Shown: piece by piece, positions 26,345 to 38,159 of the stretch
Position numbering within the stretch: position 1 is the stretch's first letter
Layout: each line of letters opens with the position of its first letter
Source: Syncephalis fuscata S228
Taxonomy: Eukaryota > Fungi > Zoopagomycota
Length of the DNA: 64,000 nucleotides
NCBI GenBank assembly: GCA_025786725.1
Contig: JAHLTZ010000015.1
Location: forward strand, 372,001 to 436,000
Direction of reading: 5' to 3'
Notes under the pieces: model-generated
Seen by the model: only the letters and a program-made list of their open reading frames with translations
Database searches by the model: none
Told to the model about the DNA's origin: nothing
Made by a program: the position numbers and the translations under genes

Positions 26345-28096
26345 TTTTATTATTTTAAAAGCAACATAAAAACTAGGATAACTTTTAAAAAATAAATGTA
26401 TTAAAAATCTTATTGTACTACACTTATAAGTTAAATTTTAATTACAATTTTTAAGGCGAAAAATAAATGTATGAATTACTAAAATAAACATATACATAAT
26501 GGAATGTACAATGACTCAGATCCTCGTCATCCAGGCGCCACCTATACAGTTCCTTCCCCCAGACTCTATTTACCCAACTAAATGTTAATAGCTGGCTCTT
26601 ACCAGTGTCATAAAAAAACTTATGCTTTAGTTTCAAGTCACTATTGATACGGGGGATCATCTTTATAAATGTGTACGCGTTCTATTTGAAATTTGATGCA
26701 CCGTTTATTGTACGCTCTTTTGGTCGATTCAGATATCTACTAAGCATACTTTAGTTTTTAAAATAAACGCTCACTTAAAGTAAAAAAATACTGTGCTTAT
26801 ATTTTTAATAATGTTATTACATTGCATTACACTAAAAACTATTTCTATATTATATCCACATCTTAATGTATAATAATATAAACATATGTTATAATTTCTA
26901 TGGATAATGTATAACACTACATTGTTATCTATATTTAATTGTCTACTGTTATACTAGTGCAGCCACTGTAACATTTAAAAAATACTATACCCGGTGCATG
27001 CACGTATCCTTAAGGTACTTATGTGCCCAAAACAATTCAGTATTAATGGCTGTTTCAAGCAAATACTAATAATGTGATTGCGAAACACGCTAAAACACCA
27101 AGAATAATGCAATTTAGAGTTGTGTTTAGCGCTGTAGCTTTTAAAATGTAATGCATGGCTATATAGTTGGATTGCTGTTTTAAATATTAGTATCGACTAT
27201 TAATATACATAAAAAGAAGCAATTTTACAACATAATATTAAAAAACTGCCAGTTTATATTACCAATCTAATGGTCCTAAGCAACAAGCATTGCATAATTC
27301 AAGTCATAGGCGGTAGTGCATTATTACATTCGTTATTAGTTTGTTATACACTTTCTTCATTGGTTGACAGATAGATGGCGCTATAGATAGGCTTGTTTTA
27401 TTTGCCATGAATATAGAAACCCCCCATTTAAACCAATAAAAAACTAGTTGATTATTTATAACTTGGCATTTTTTAATTCAAGCCCTTTCATAGCATGTGG
27501 AATACGAAAAACATCAATGATGATATAGGAATATTACATAAAATAGCCAATCAAATAATAGGGACACTTGTGAAACAGGCCTTATTTTTTGAACTGGAAG
27601 CTCTAGTGTAGTTTTAGCCCCTTATTCTAGGAAATGACAGTCATAGCATTGCATACTTTACTATTAACCAAAAGAAACATTATTATAGAATTTAGACAAA
27701 GATATTAGTATATTGAATACTTTTAAAAAGCCTAGTTGTCTTAAAAGCAGCATAAAAACTAAAATCACTATTAACGAATAAAAGCATTAATATTCAATAT
27801 TTGTTATAGATGTTATTGTATCACATATATAAGCCAAATTTAATTACAAAATTTGAAACAAGCGATACGATGCACGAGTTGCTAAAACCAAATTTCATGT
27901 TTGCTAATGTGAATAGATAGCTGTAAATAAACAGGTTTAGTTTAATTTATGAAATTCATTTATATCGGCTATATAAACCCAGATCTTCGGTATCTTTTTA
28001 AATTATTATATGCAATAGCTTCTCATCCAAGCACACTAGCAAGATCTAGACCAGTTTTTAATCATCTCTTACCACATTTAGTTGAGCTTCAGCAAA

Positions 28097-29731
28097 ATGA
28101 ATCTAGGCATTTTATCGTTAGCTTCCATTGCACTTATCGTGCTTGCATGCATATCCTCTAATGCTCAATTGGCACAGGCTATGCCCAATTATCCAACTTA
28201 TCCAGATTATGGCGACTACCCTTCAACTTATCCGGATTCTGGCGATTATCCTTTAACTTATCCAGATTCTGGCGACTATCCAACTTATCCGGATTCTGGC
28301 GACTATCCAACTTATCCAGATTATGGCGACTATCCAGTATCTTATCCTCCAGTAATCACTACTAGTGTAGAACCATATCCTCCGGTAATCACTAGTGTAA
28401 AATCATTTCCTCCGGTAATCACCACTGGTACAACCTCTTATCCTCCTGTCGCCACCACTCGCATAACTTTATATCCTCCAGTCACCACCACTCGCAAAAT
28501 CACCACTACTAGTGCAACTTCTTCCCCTCCTTTCACTACCACTCGCAGAATCACCATCACTCGTACATTCACCAACACCCGCACAGCTTCTCCTCCTCCA
28601 GTCACCACTACTAGTGTAGCTTCTCCTCCTCGCATTACCACTCGCACAATTACTAATACTCGTACATTTACCAACACCCGCACAGCTTCGCCTCCTCCAG
28701 TCACCACTACTAGTGTAACTTCTTCTCCCCCTGTCATCACTTCTATTACAACTTCTTCTCCAGTCACCACTACTAGTGTAACTTTTTCTCCTCCTCGCAT
28801 TACCACTCGCACAATCACCAACACCCGTACAATCACCAACACTCGTACATTTACCAACACCCGCACAGCTTCGCCTCCTCCAGTCACCACTACTAGTGTA
28901 ACTTCTTTTCCCCCTATCATCACTTCTATTACAACTTCTTCTCCAGTCACCACTACTAGTGTAGCTTCTTCTCCTCGCATTACCACTCGCACAATCACCA
29001 ACACCCGTACAATCACCAACACTCATACATTTACCAATACCCACACAGCTTCGCCTCCTCCAGTCACCACTACTAGTGTAACTTCTTTTCCCCCTATCAT
29101 CACTTCTATTACAACTTCTTCTCCAGTCACCACTACTAGTGTAGCTTCTTCTCCTCGCATTACCACTCGCACAATCACCAACACCCGTACAATCACCAAC
29201 ACTCATACATTTACCAATACCCACACAGCTTCGCCTCCTCCAGTCACCACTACTAGTGTAACTTCTTTTCCCCCTGTCATCACTTCTATTACAACTTCTT
29301 CTCCAGTCACCACTACTAGTGTAGCTTCTTCTCCTCGCATTACCACTCGCACAATCACCAACACCCGTACAATCACCAACACTCATACATTTACCAATAC
29401 CCACACAGCTTCGCCTCCTCCAGTCACCACTACTAGTGTAACTTCTTTTCCCCCTGTCATCACTTCTATTACAACTTCTTCTCCAGTCACCACTACTAGT
29501 GTAACTTCTTTTCCCCCTATCATCACTTCTATTACAACTTCTTTTCCTCCAGTCACCACTACTAGTGTAACTTCTTCTCCTCGCATTACCACTCGCACAA
29601 TCACCAACACCCGTACAATCACCAACACTCATACATTTACCAATACCCACACAGCTTTTCTTACTCCAGTTACCACCACTTTCATGGTTTTTGATGTCCC
29701 AGCCCCCACACACCTAGCTTTTCTTTCTTGA
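28097..29731 (+). CDS. Paralogous secreted Thr/Pro/Ser-rich repeat protein (YPDxGDY repeats, then 60-aa higher-order repeats)
   Basis: Near-identical signal peptide and MPNYPTYPDYG start to the 24769 gene; 180-bp periodicity across 28861-29460; homologous promoter region. Confidence 0.85.
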   Translation: MNLGILSLASIALIVLACISSNAQLAQAMPNYPTYPDYGDYPSTYPDSGDYPLTYPDSGDYPTYPDSGDYPTYPDYGDYPVSYPPVITTSVEPYPPVITSVKSFPPVITTGTTSYPPVATTRITLYPPVTTTRKITTTSATSSPPFTTTRRITITRTFTNTRTASPPPVTTTSVASPPRITTRTITNTRTFTNTRTASPPPVTTTSVTSSPPVITSITTSSPVTTTSVTFSPPRITTRTITNTRTITNTRTFTNTRTASPPPVTTTSVTSFPPIITSITTSSPVTTTSVASSPRITTRTITNTRTITNTHTFTNTHTASPPPVTTTSVTSFPPIITSITTSSPVTTTSVASSPRITTRTITNTRTITNTHTFTNTHTASPPPVTTTSVTSFPPVITSITTSSPVTTTSVASSPRITTRTITNTRTITNTHTFTNTHTASPPPVTTTSVTSFPPVITSITTSSPVTTTSVTSFPPIITSITTSFPPVTTTSVTSSPRITTRTITNTRTITNTHTFTNTHTAFLTPVTTTFMVFDVPAPTHLAFLS

Positions 29732-30092
29732 GTCAGCTTTTACCAAAATCAGTATTAGTAGCCAATCTCTACCAGTGGCTTATTTAAAACTTATAAGATC
29801 TAATTACCTTCTATTATTAAAATAAATGCCTTTACAATGTAAAAAATCACGTTTATTAATGTATTTTGATAATAATAATAATAATAATACCAGCATATTA
29901 AATTAAAATTATTTCTACATTGTATTCGTATATTAATGTAAATCTTATACTACACGCATAAACGTTTAACGAATCATTATTCGACACAGAAAATAATTAT
30001 GTAAAAAAATTATGTAAATATTTCCCACGATTACTTTAATTTAATTTCCGAAAAGCTTGTAAATGTTACACAAATCCTTTTTGGTTTTATTG

Positions 30093-30944
30093 TACTTTGA
30101 CTCCCATATCTGGAGTCCCCAAAATAGCAAATCTTTTTACGCAATCAATTGTAATGCTTTGGATAGCTGAATTACGTTTAAAGCATTATTCACAATAAAT
30201 ATTAGCGTAGTATAATAACATTATCATTTCCATAGAATAGAATTGATTAGATGTAACAGAACATTGTATTAGTAATAATTTTAAGCATTTAAATAAACAA
30301 TGCAACATACTATTTGATTTTTTTGAAACATTTGAGACTAATTATTGTCGTTTGCCATGCGCAGAAAGATTGATCGAATATTAATAAAAGCCATTGATCG
30401 CAATTCCATGTCGTTCCGCATTTGTTGTTATTGCATCTACATACAGCATGGATTCTTGCGCTTAAATGGTCTCTTTTATTTTACAATATGCTACTATTGC
30501 ATTTTGGGCATATTTGCAATGTAAAATACTTATCTATGGTGGCAAAAAATTAGAACGACTAGCGTTTCTGACGCTTACAATTCTCTTGAGAATTATTGGT
30601 ATCAAATTGGTAGGCGCAGTCTCTTTGCTAACCATTGATGAAGCAAATGGCCTTCACCATATGCAATAATGATAGGTTGAGTGTCTTTACCAGAAAGATC
30701 TTGTGGCGACAGTTGTAACCAGATGATACGGCATGCCGTTGAGGTTACTTGAAAAGATATTAGTGTAAAATAAGAGAAATAAAGACTAGGGATTGATTAA
30801 TATTTTTTATTGATATTCAAATACGCATGTTATTTGTATGTTATATTTAGCATTATTGTGTAATATATTACTGAATAGAACAATAAGATAGTAATAAGAA
30901 AAAAATAGTGAAATGAGTCAATAAAGAATGTGGAAGTCAAAGTA
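30093..30944 (-). mobile_element. Non-autonomous inverted-repeat element with TA flanks, carrying a Fanzor remnant
   Basis: TGTACTTTGACTCCCATAT (30091-30109) matches the reverse complement of 30928-30946, TGTACTTTGACTTCCACAT, at 17/19. TA sits just outside CTTTGAC at both ends. Confidence 0.6.
30338..30710 (-). pseudogene. Fanzor/TnpB-like nuclease C-terminal remnant (RuvC-II, zinc finger, RuvC-III)
   Basis: Reading across frameshifts: PIIIAYGEG/FASSM...APT...L/TIDKYFTLQICPKC...*...RIHAVCRCNNNKCGTTWNCD/MAFINIRSIFL. Compare the family pattern IAYG..DEY.TS..C..C...C....C...WNRD..A..NI. Confidence 0.8.
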
Positions 30945-30983
30945 CAGTAGCTCCCCTTTTTAACAAAATATTATTTTAGAAGC

Positions 30984-32106
30984 TATTTTACTTTGAGGTT
31001 CTATCCTTAAACTTAACGACAGAAAAATTAATAATTCGAATAATAAACCGCCGATCAGTTTTTACTACTGAAAAGTGCTATTTGTTGAAGCGTGTCATAT
31101 CAACTCCGATTGAATTAATCAGTTTTGATTAATTTGCACTATTTTCAATATTTGATATAGTGTTAATAAATGTTAAATAGTATTTCATGTCACTTACAAT
31201 AGAATATAATAAATAGATAAATGTTAATATATGTTATTGTTGCTGTAAAGTATTCAAAGCAGTATAATTGATATCTAATGTCACTCACCATCAGTTCCGT
31301 GTTTAGTAGAATAACAAATGTGTAGCTCAATCAAGTAAAAAATGTCAATTTTGATCTTTTGACACTAAATCACATGAGTCTACCAATAAAGTATTTAATA
31401 TATGGAAGTTATTATACGTTGACTCCTACGTTTTTTATTTACGCATTTCACTCCTTTTCTTTAAATACAATTAAACACTTATTCGTCACTATAACATGTA
31501 TAATATTGTATCCAACATTAATTGAGTCATGTGTAATTATCAATACAATAGTGTAATTAATTAGTTATATTTATTATTGCTTTAATATATATATATATAA
31601 TGTCATTATAATACTAATTGTTCAAAATGTCATTTATTTAGTTAGATTGGCTATAGGAAAGTGGTTGTTTAATAAACGACTTTATAATAATTATATTAAT
31701 ATTGATGTTACAGCACAAGTATGCCCAAAATGCGATAGTAGCATATTGTAAAATAAAAGAGACCATTTAAGCGCAAGAATCCATGCTGTATGTAGATGCA
31801 ATAACAACAAATGCGGAACGACATGGAATTGCGATCAATGGCTTTTATTAATATTCGATCAATCTTTCTGCGCATGGCAAACGACAATAATTAGCCTCAA
31901 ATGTTTCAAAAAAATCAAATAGTATGTTGCATTGTTTATTTAAATGCTTAAAATTATTACTAATACAATGTTCTGTTACATCTAATCAATTCTATTCTAT
32001 GGAAATGATAATGTTATTATACTACGCTAATATTTATTGTGAATAATGCTTTAAACGTAATTCAGCTATCCAAAGCATTACAATTGATTGCGTAAAAAGA
32101 TTTGCT
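30984..32106 (+). mobile_element. Second Fanzor-derived element copy (zinc finger/RuvC-III remnant plus 3' region), opposite orientation
   Basis: 31713-32106 is the near-perfect reverse complement of about 30126-30515 (TAQVCPKC...WNCD). 30984-32045 recurs inverted at 40718-41778. Confidence 0.8.
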
Positions 32107-32207
32107 GCCCCAGGGAGATTAACATAAATGTCAGCCACTGAAGATAATACAATAATAATTATTTGTTTATTTACTTTGATATAACTAACTACAAATGTAA
32201 CGTATTA

Positions 32208-34583
32208 TTAATGTTTAATCTCGTCGAGAAGTACTTGATCCGGATTAAGTGCACGGAATAGATCAAAGTCAAAGGAATTATCCTTGGGACGGATTAAGCG
32301 TTGGCACATCATATCAATGGCCGTCACACTAAGTATTGTCTGAACGTAGGCATCAATAAGATCATCAAGACCAACACCCAATTGATTGAAATCTTTTCGA
32401 TCCATTAACATAAGCCGAGAAGACTCTGTAGTCCATGAACCGTCGGGAAGCTTAAGACTTAGATTAGTGCCTAACATTTCCCATGAAGTGGCTAATTAAT
32501 TGCGAAAAGTGAAGTAAAATATTAATATTGTAATAAAGTATAGATTATTATTATTGTCACTTACCATTTGGGTCATCATCAAGGTGACGAAGCAATGGTT
32601 TGCGGGCACGTCTTCCGTAAATGGCAATTGGACGAAAGCCAGCTTCATCACCAGCAACCATAACGCGTAGATCGTTGGCAAACGTATGGTTCTTTCGGTT
32701 AGGTACAGTGCCGACGTGATAAAAACGACCAGAACGTGTTTGCGACGACCAACTTGCATTACCAACAAGCGATTGAACAATAAATTTTTGGTATTTATGC
32801 TTTAACGACATAAACATATCAAGTTCATTTTGATTTGTAATGGTATACACGCCTTGTCCTAAATTTTCATGATAATATTGCATTAGAATGCTACACATAA
32901 TAAAACAAATACACTGTAAACAGTATGCTCGATTCTTACCTGCATTGCTATATGGCACCTTAATAACAGCATGTCCACCAAAGCTTTTGACTAATAGTGG
33001 AATTTCTTCAAGAGTAACATTACGTTTTGTAATAGGCGTGCGTACTTGTAGGCCAGTACCATTAAGTTCAGCATTAAGAAATTCATAGGCAAGGGCGGCA
33101 ATTTGTTTGTTACGGCCACCGGCAAGACACACCAGCGCACTATTTAATATTTGTGTGCGCGTCCTGATTGGAATACGTGTCCATGGACGTTGAGTTACAT
33201 AGCGGAAACAAGCACGAATAGCATGCCACTCTATTGTGTATAGTAAATTGATGATGGATAGTAAATAATAAATGATTAGTAATTTTTATTATTATTATTA
33301 TTATATTTACCGTTATTTTCATCACGAATTTCCATCACAGCATCATCCGTCCATCTAACTGGTGGATCTGGGTCTGTTTCCAAATATTCAACAAGCCAAA
33401 CACGCTCATTATATACATCAGCCATTGCGGCCGCATAGCCACTTGCTTCCATTGGATTTTTGTCAAATACAACGGCCAAATCACCTTCAACTTCCTTATT
33501 TAGGTACTTGGAAGGAGTAGAATCGGAATCAGTGGTGGCGGCCGTTGTGCTATCGGGCAGTTTGTCCATTACACGGGATAATAAATGACGAAAGGCTGTA
33601 CGCATAACAGTGCCATAGCCTCCAAGTTCGTCTCCTTCATGAAGTAGCGGCATTGATTTCTGTCCAGATGGGCAACTATTCGTCTCGACAACAATCATTT
33701 GTCGTTTGCCATTGGCAGTTGTTACATTAAATAAATCAGCACCTAATTTCAATGCATAAATTCACAAATATATAAACAATAGAGTAATGAAGCTGTACTT
33801 ACCTCCCCACATAAAATATTGGGGCTGATAGGCGAGGGCACGACGGAGCGTTACAATATCTACATTTGGATTAAGATGAGCATATCGATGCAGTATACGC
33901 TCATTGCCCAACGAGAAGAAGGAACCAACTAGCGGATGGATACCGGCATTAAGTACTCGTGGATAAAAATGCTTTTCAGGCTCAAAATCACCTGCCATAA
34001 TTGCTTTAGTATGGCATGATTTTAACGATGAAGCTTTGCTAGTAGCGTCGTTTATCTTGTCTTTTGGACTGACCGTCTCGGGCAAAGGATGTGCCCAATG
34101 AATTTGACGATGTGATTGAGTGGCCGGATTATCGGGTGCTTCAACAGGGCAATTACTTGTAAGTAGGCGTGGATGGCGTTTATTAGTTGATTCCGGATAA
34201 TAGCCTGTACTTGTAACTGACGATCCAGACTGTGGCTCTATATCGTAGCTGGCCATTTCACTATCGCTACTCATGGGCGATGTCGTTGACGCTGATGACA
34301 CTGTCGAAGAAGTACGTGCGTGGCCACCATTATCGTTGCCGTGGTATTTATGATGGTGATCCAAAACGACAGAGGCTGCAGCATCTTGCATCTCTTGAAA
34401 ATCGGCACCGGGCACATTGTGCGATATTAACGGCAACTGATGCTGATCCGTATCACCTTGAAGATTAAGTAAAGAGGACTCGCCATCGGTTAGGCTCTTT
34501 TTGCGCTCATCGCTCCAACTAAGCGCAGCCAATGTAAGTGCGAGATGTTCATCGATATGGTGTGGCTCTTGGTCATTCGACAT
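32208..34583 (-). CDS. Conserved uncharacterised ATP-grasp-like protein, multi-exon, low-complexity N-terminus
   Basis: VETNSCPSGQKSMP, CLAGGRNK, AVIKVPYSNAG/QGVYTI, FIVQSL, DLRVMV resemble ATP-grasp motifs; exons joined by GT-AG introns. Confidence 0.7.
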
Positions 34584-34950
34584 GATGCAGAGTAAAGGGA
34601 AATACGTTTTGCTTGAACGGTAGTAGTCCAATAAGGCGGGCAGTACTATACGAATATGAAACCTTGTTTATCAGCAATCTTTTTTTCCCTATTGATCTTC
34701 TGCTTGTGTTTTTTACCGTGCTGGGAACCACTTGTTGCAGAAAAACCAACAAGGTTTTACACTAGTTAGAATCAGCAAGTGAAACATTTTTATATTAATT
34801 TTATTTACCAATAGTAATAATGTTTAATAGCTTAGGTGGCTAAAATTATACTATGGAGAGAAGACTAAAGATAACACAGTTTACGTCGATTAATACGTAT
34901 CTTTTATAGTATAAATTGACTGACTAATTTATTTATATTATAATTAATTA

Positions 34951-35048
34951 CATTTTATTGGATGGAGATAGATAAGCGAATTGTTATGATGTCACAGTCG
35001 TGTACCAATCATTTAACATCCGCTTATCTATCTCCATCCAATAAGATG
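34951..35048. repeat. Intergenic inverted repeat: 24-bp perfect stem, 42-nt spacer
   Basis: ttattggatggagatagataagcg (34955-34978) / cgcttatctatctccatccaataa (35021-35044). Confidence 0.9.
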
Positions 35049-35569
35049 CCTAAATGATTACTAGTATACTATTTTTAAATGATGGGGCGCGTATTGCAAA
35101 AATATCGTCACGTAAGAGAAATAAGCTAAGGCAATCAATACTCGTTATCCTAAACTTGTTATCATTCCCATGCTATATTCATTCTATCTTTTACTAATTA
35201 TGCACCATTAATAAAGCTGTTTATTATCAAACGTATTTATCATAAATGTTGAGTATAAAATAGTAATGATATAGATGGATAAAGCATATATGGGTACTGG
35301 ATAATACATCTACAGCAATGAATACTATTTATTATTATTTAACAAATTCATAGTGCTAGCAATAAATTATTAATACTTGTAAATAGTTACAAATAAAATT
35401 CTACCTTTCAATTAGTAAAACGCTATCTATTTTGTAACTTCTTAACACTAGCTCCATTTATTTCTATCGTCTCACGTACTTTTTTATTTAATTCTAGTTT
35501 GCACTTCATTGGTATTAATCATCACATGTTAATATAGTGACTGCAGTAATAAAAACTATCTTCATTTAT

Positions 35570-37775
35570 TTAATTAGGCAGTCGGTCTCGTAGCCATTGC
35601 ATAATTTCATCGGTACCTCGTTGGATAACATCGCGTCGTGGTAAACGAAGAGCATTTCCCTCAATCGACAAATGTTTGATGGTTTCACACCGGCCTAATT
35701 CAAATGGCAGCGATTGGAGGTCGTTATCAGCAAGATCAAGTGCGTGTAAACCGTAACAGCCTTGTACGTCCAATTCGGTCAAATGATTGCCGCGCAGTTG
35801 TAATGTTTGTAGACGTGGCACCAGCAAACTATTGGGTGTTCGGCCAGTCAAACGATTATGGCTAAGGTTAAGAATGGTCACTTGAGGAAAGACACGAGAG
35901 GCAGCAGCCGCATCTGGAAACTGGGTAATCTGATTACGCGATAGATCAAGTTGTCGCAAATTATACATTGGTGCTAATGAAGCATCAGAGGGGAATTTAG
36001 TTAATCGATTGTGCGTCAGCGATAGCGAGGTAAGTGTCGACGCAAATTGTGAAGCAAGTGCTGGAAAGCTAGTAAACAGGTTATAGTTAAGCACTAGACT
36101 AACTGGCTCGAATGGCAATGGTGGAAGAATGGGGGCACGTGCTGGGTCATCATCAGATAGTTGAAGCCGTATAAGTTTTAGTGTATGTGACACCATGTCG
36201 GGGGGACTAATATCGATTTCAACATTAGGTGGACCGGAAGGAATAACTGGTTTAGTGACCACAGGTACTGCAGCTTCTTCTTTTACAGCTACAGGTGGGG
36301 TAGGTGTTGATTCAGTGGCTTTTTGATTGGTTACTGGTGTTGGATTATCATCTACAATAGTTACACGAGTAGTGGCTTCTACTATTGTTTCAACTTCATT
36401 GCCTGCGGTGGATTGGTGGGCCGATGGAGTCGGAAGTGAGGCCGGTTCTCGAGGTGCAATAACTGGCGGTGAGTTTTCCTCTAATGCAATAGTTAGTACA
36501 AAGTGGAAAGTAACACAGTTAAGGCCACTTACCTCCTTCAGAGATTCTATCGCGTAATCGTTCGAGTATTGCTTGAGCACCTGAAGCACGTGGTAGAACA
36601 CGAATTGGATTACCATCGAAAAGAAACGATTTCAGCGTTTCTAGCAAGCCAAGATGCGGTGGTAAATTAATAAACTCATTGGATGAGATATCCAACCGAT
36701 TAAGCACAGATAGTTTAAAAATACCGGCTGGCCATTCACTAAATAGATTCTGGTGTATATCCAACGTTAAAAGCTTGTGTGTTGTAATGAGTATATCGTC
36801 AATATGATATAGTCGGTTGGCAGATAGAAACAATTCTTGTAATTCTGGTAGTTCGATTGGTGCTGCTGCATCGGGTCTAGTTAAACTAGTTAAGCGGTTT
36901 CGACGTAGATCAAGATGCTGTAGTCTGGCAAACTGTAGTGGCTGGCCATTCGATACGTCAAAGGCTGCGGTAAGCTGATTAACGCTTACGTTAAGTACTC
37001 GAAGCGAATTAGCATTGGTTAAACTGTAAGGCAATGGTGTTTTCAATTGATTATTATTCGCTTGAAGATGCGTAAGCTTGTACAGTTTGCCGATAGCTTC
37101 AGGCAATGCTTGGAATCGGTTATGGCTTATATTTAGAACTTGCAACGATTGTAATTTTCCTAAATAATCATTATCTAACATCTCGAGTTCGTTGTTTTGC
37201 AGATCAAGATTTACTAATGGCAGAGAGTAGACTTCAGCGGGCAATTCTCGTAACTTGTTATTTGCCAAATTGATGTAGGTCAGGTTTTTCAATTGGCCAA
37301 TAGAAGCTGGTAGCAATTGAATACGATTGTTATGAAGCTAAGTTACATTTAGTATTGTGTAATGTCATTCACCTTATACTTACATCCAAATGTACTAGCG
37401 TTATAAAATTGCCTATTTTTTCATCAACTGATTCGAGCTCGTTATCGGCTGCGTTTATCGTTTCGAGGTCAACGACATCCCACCAGTTATTATTTGTGCT
37501 TTTACTAAGGTCCACTTGACTTTGTTCTTGACTGGCACTTGGGTCGTGCATATTCCACACAGTATCAGGAATAGTTGTTAGGCCACGATTAGAAATATTG
37601 AGCTTGCCTAATAAATATAATGTTTATCAACAGTGCTAAGCATTTGAATTCAGCGCTACGAACCTGTTTGGCGCGCTTGTTCAATAATACGCGGATGGAC
37701 ATGGCCTGCAACATTATCAACTTGTGCACCGCCAAATGCACCTTGATTGCCGGCTTGTTGTCTAAAACGCGACAT
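35570..37775 (-). CDS. Leucine-rich repeat protein, LRRC40-like; 4 exons
   Basis: IEQARQTG/KLNISNRGLTTIP, NWWDVVDL, many LxxLxLxxNxL repeats, C-terminus GNALRLPRRDVIQRGTDEIMQWLRDRLP. Confidence 0.85.
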
Positions 37776-38159
37776 GATAATCAATAGTCTGAGAGTAAGC
37801 GGCTTGGTGATAGATGAACAAAACGGTAATGGTGATTGCAATATTGCTTGTAGATGAATTTGTCCATGCAGCTGGTACAAGTTCATCGACCGTTTAAATC
37901 GCAATATGACTTGGCTCGATGTACATCGATAGAAAGTGAATCTATCATTGTAAATGTGTACGCTTCCATTTCTCATTGGCTTAACTAAAACCAACCGTTG
38001 CATGTTAGACATATTGATTGCTCGCCTGTCGTCCTTTCTTCGCTTTACCACGCTTCTTTCTTTCTTTTTTTACCTGTATCAGCTATTTATCTGCTGTTTC
38101 TAACGTTTCTTTGCTCTGCTCCTACGGTGACTAGCTACGATTAAGTCGAAAACAACACC

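Noticed and set aside
28438-29713. Long antisense ORFs (414 aa Cys/Gly/Arg-rich; 194 aa Val-rich)
   Set aside because: These are shadows of the stop-poor tandem repeat; the plus strand has the signal peptide, promoter and paralog.
30943-30965. TACAGTAGCTCCCCTTTTAAC resembles a pogo/Tigger terminal repeat
   Set aside because: No partner end or transposase was found in the window.
31359-31556. Identical 65-aa ORF at two loci (also 41206-41403)
   Set aside because: TTG start, AT-rich, no motif; the identity just reflects the duplicated element.
30126-32106. A single 2-kb element with ~390-bp terminal inverted repeats
   Set aside because: No target duplication is visible, and the right part recurs independently at 40.7-41.8 kb. 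Two adjacent opposite copies explain it better.
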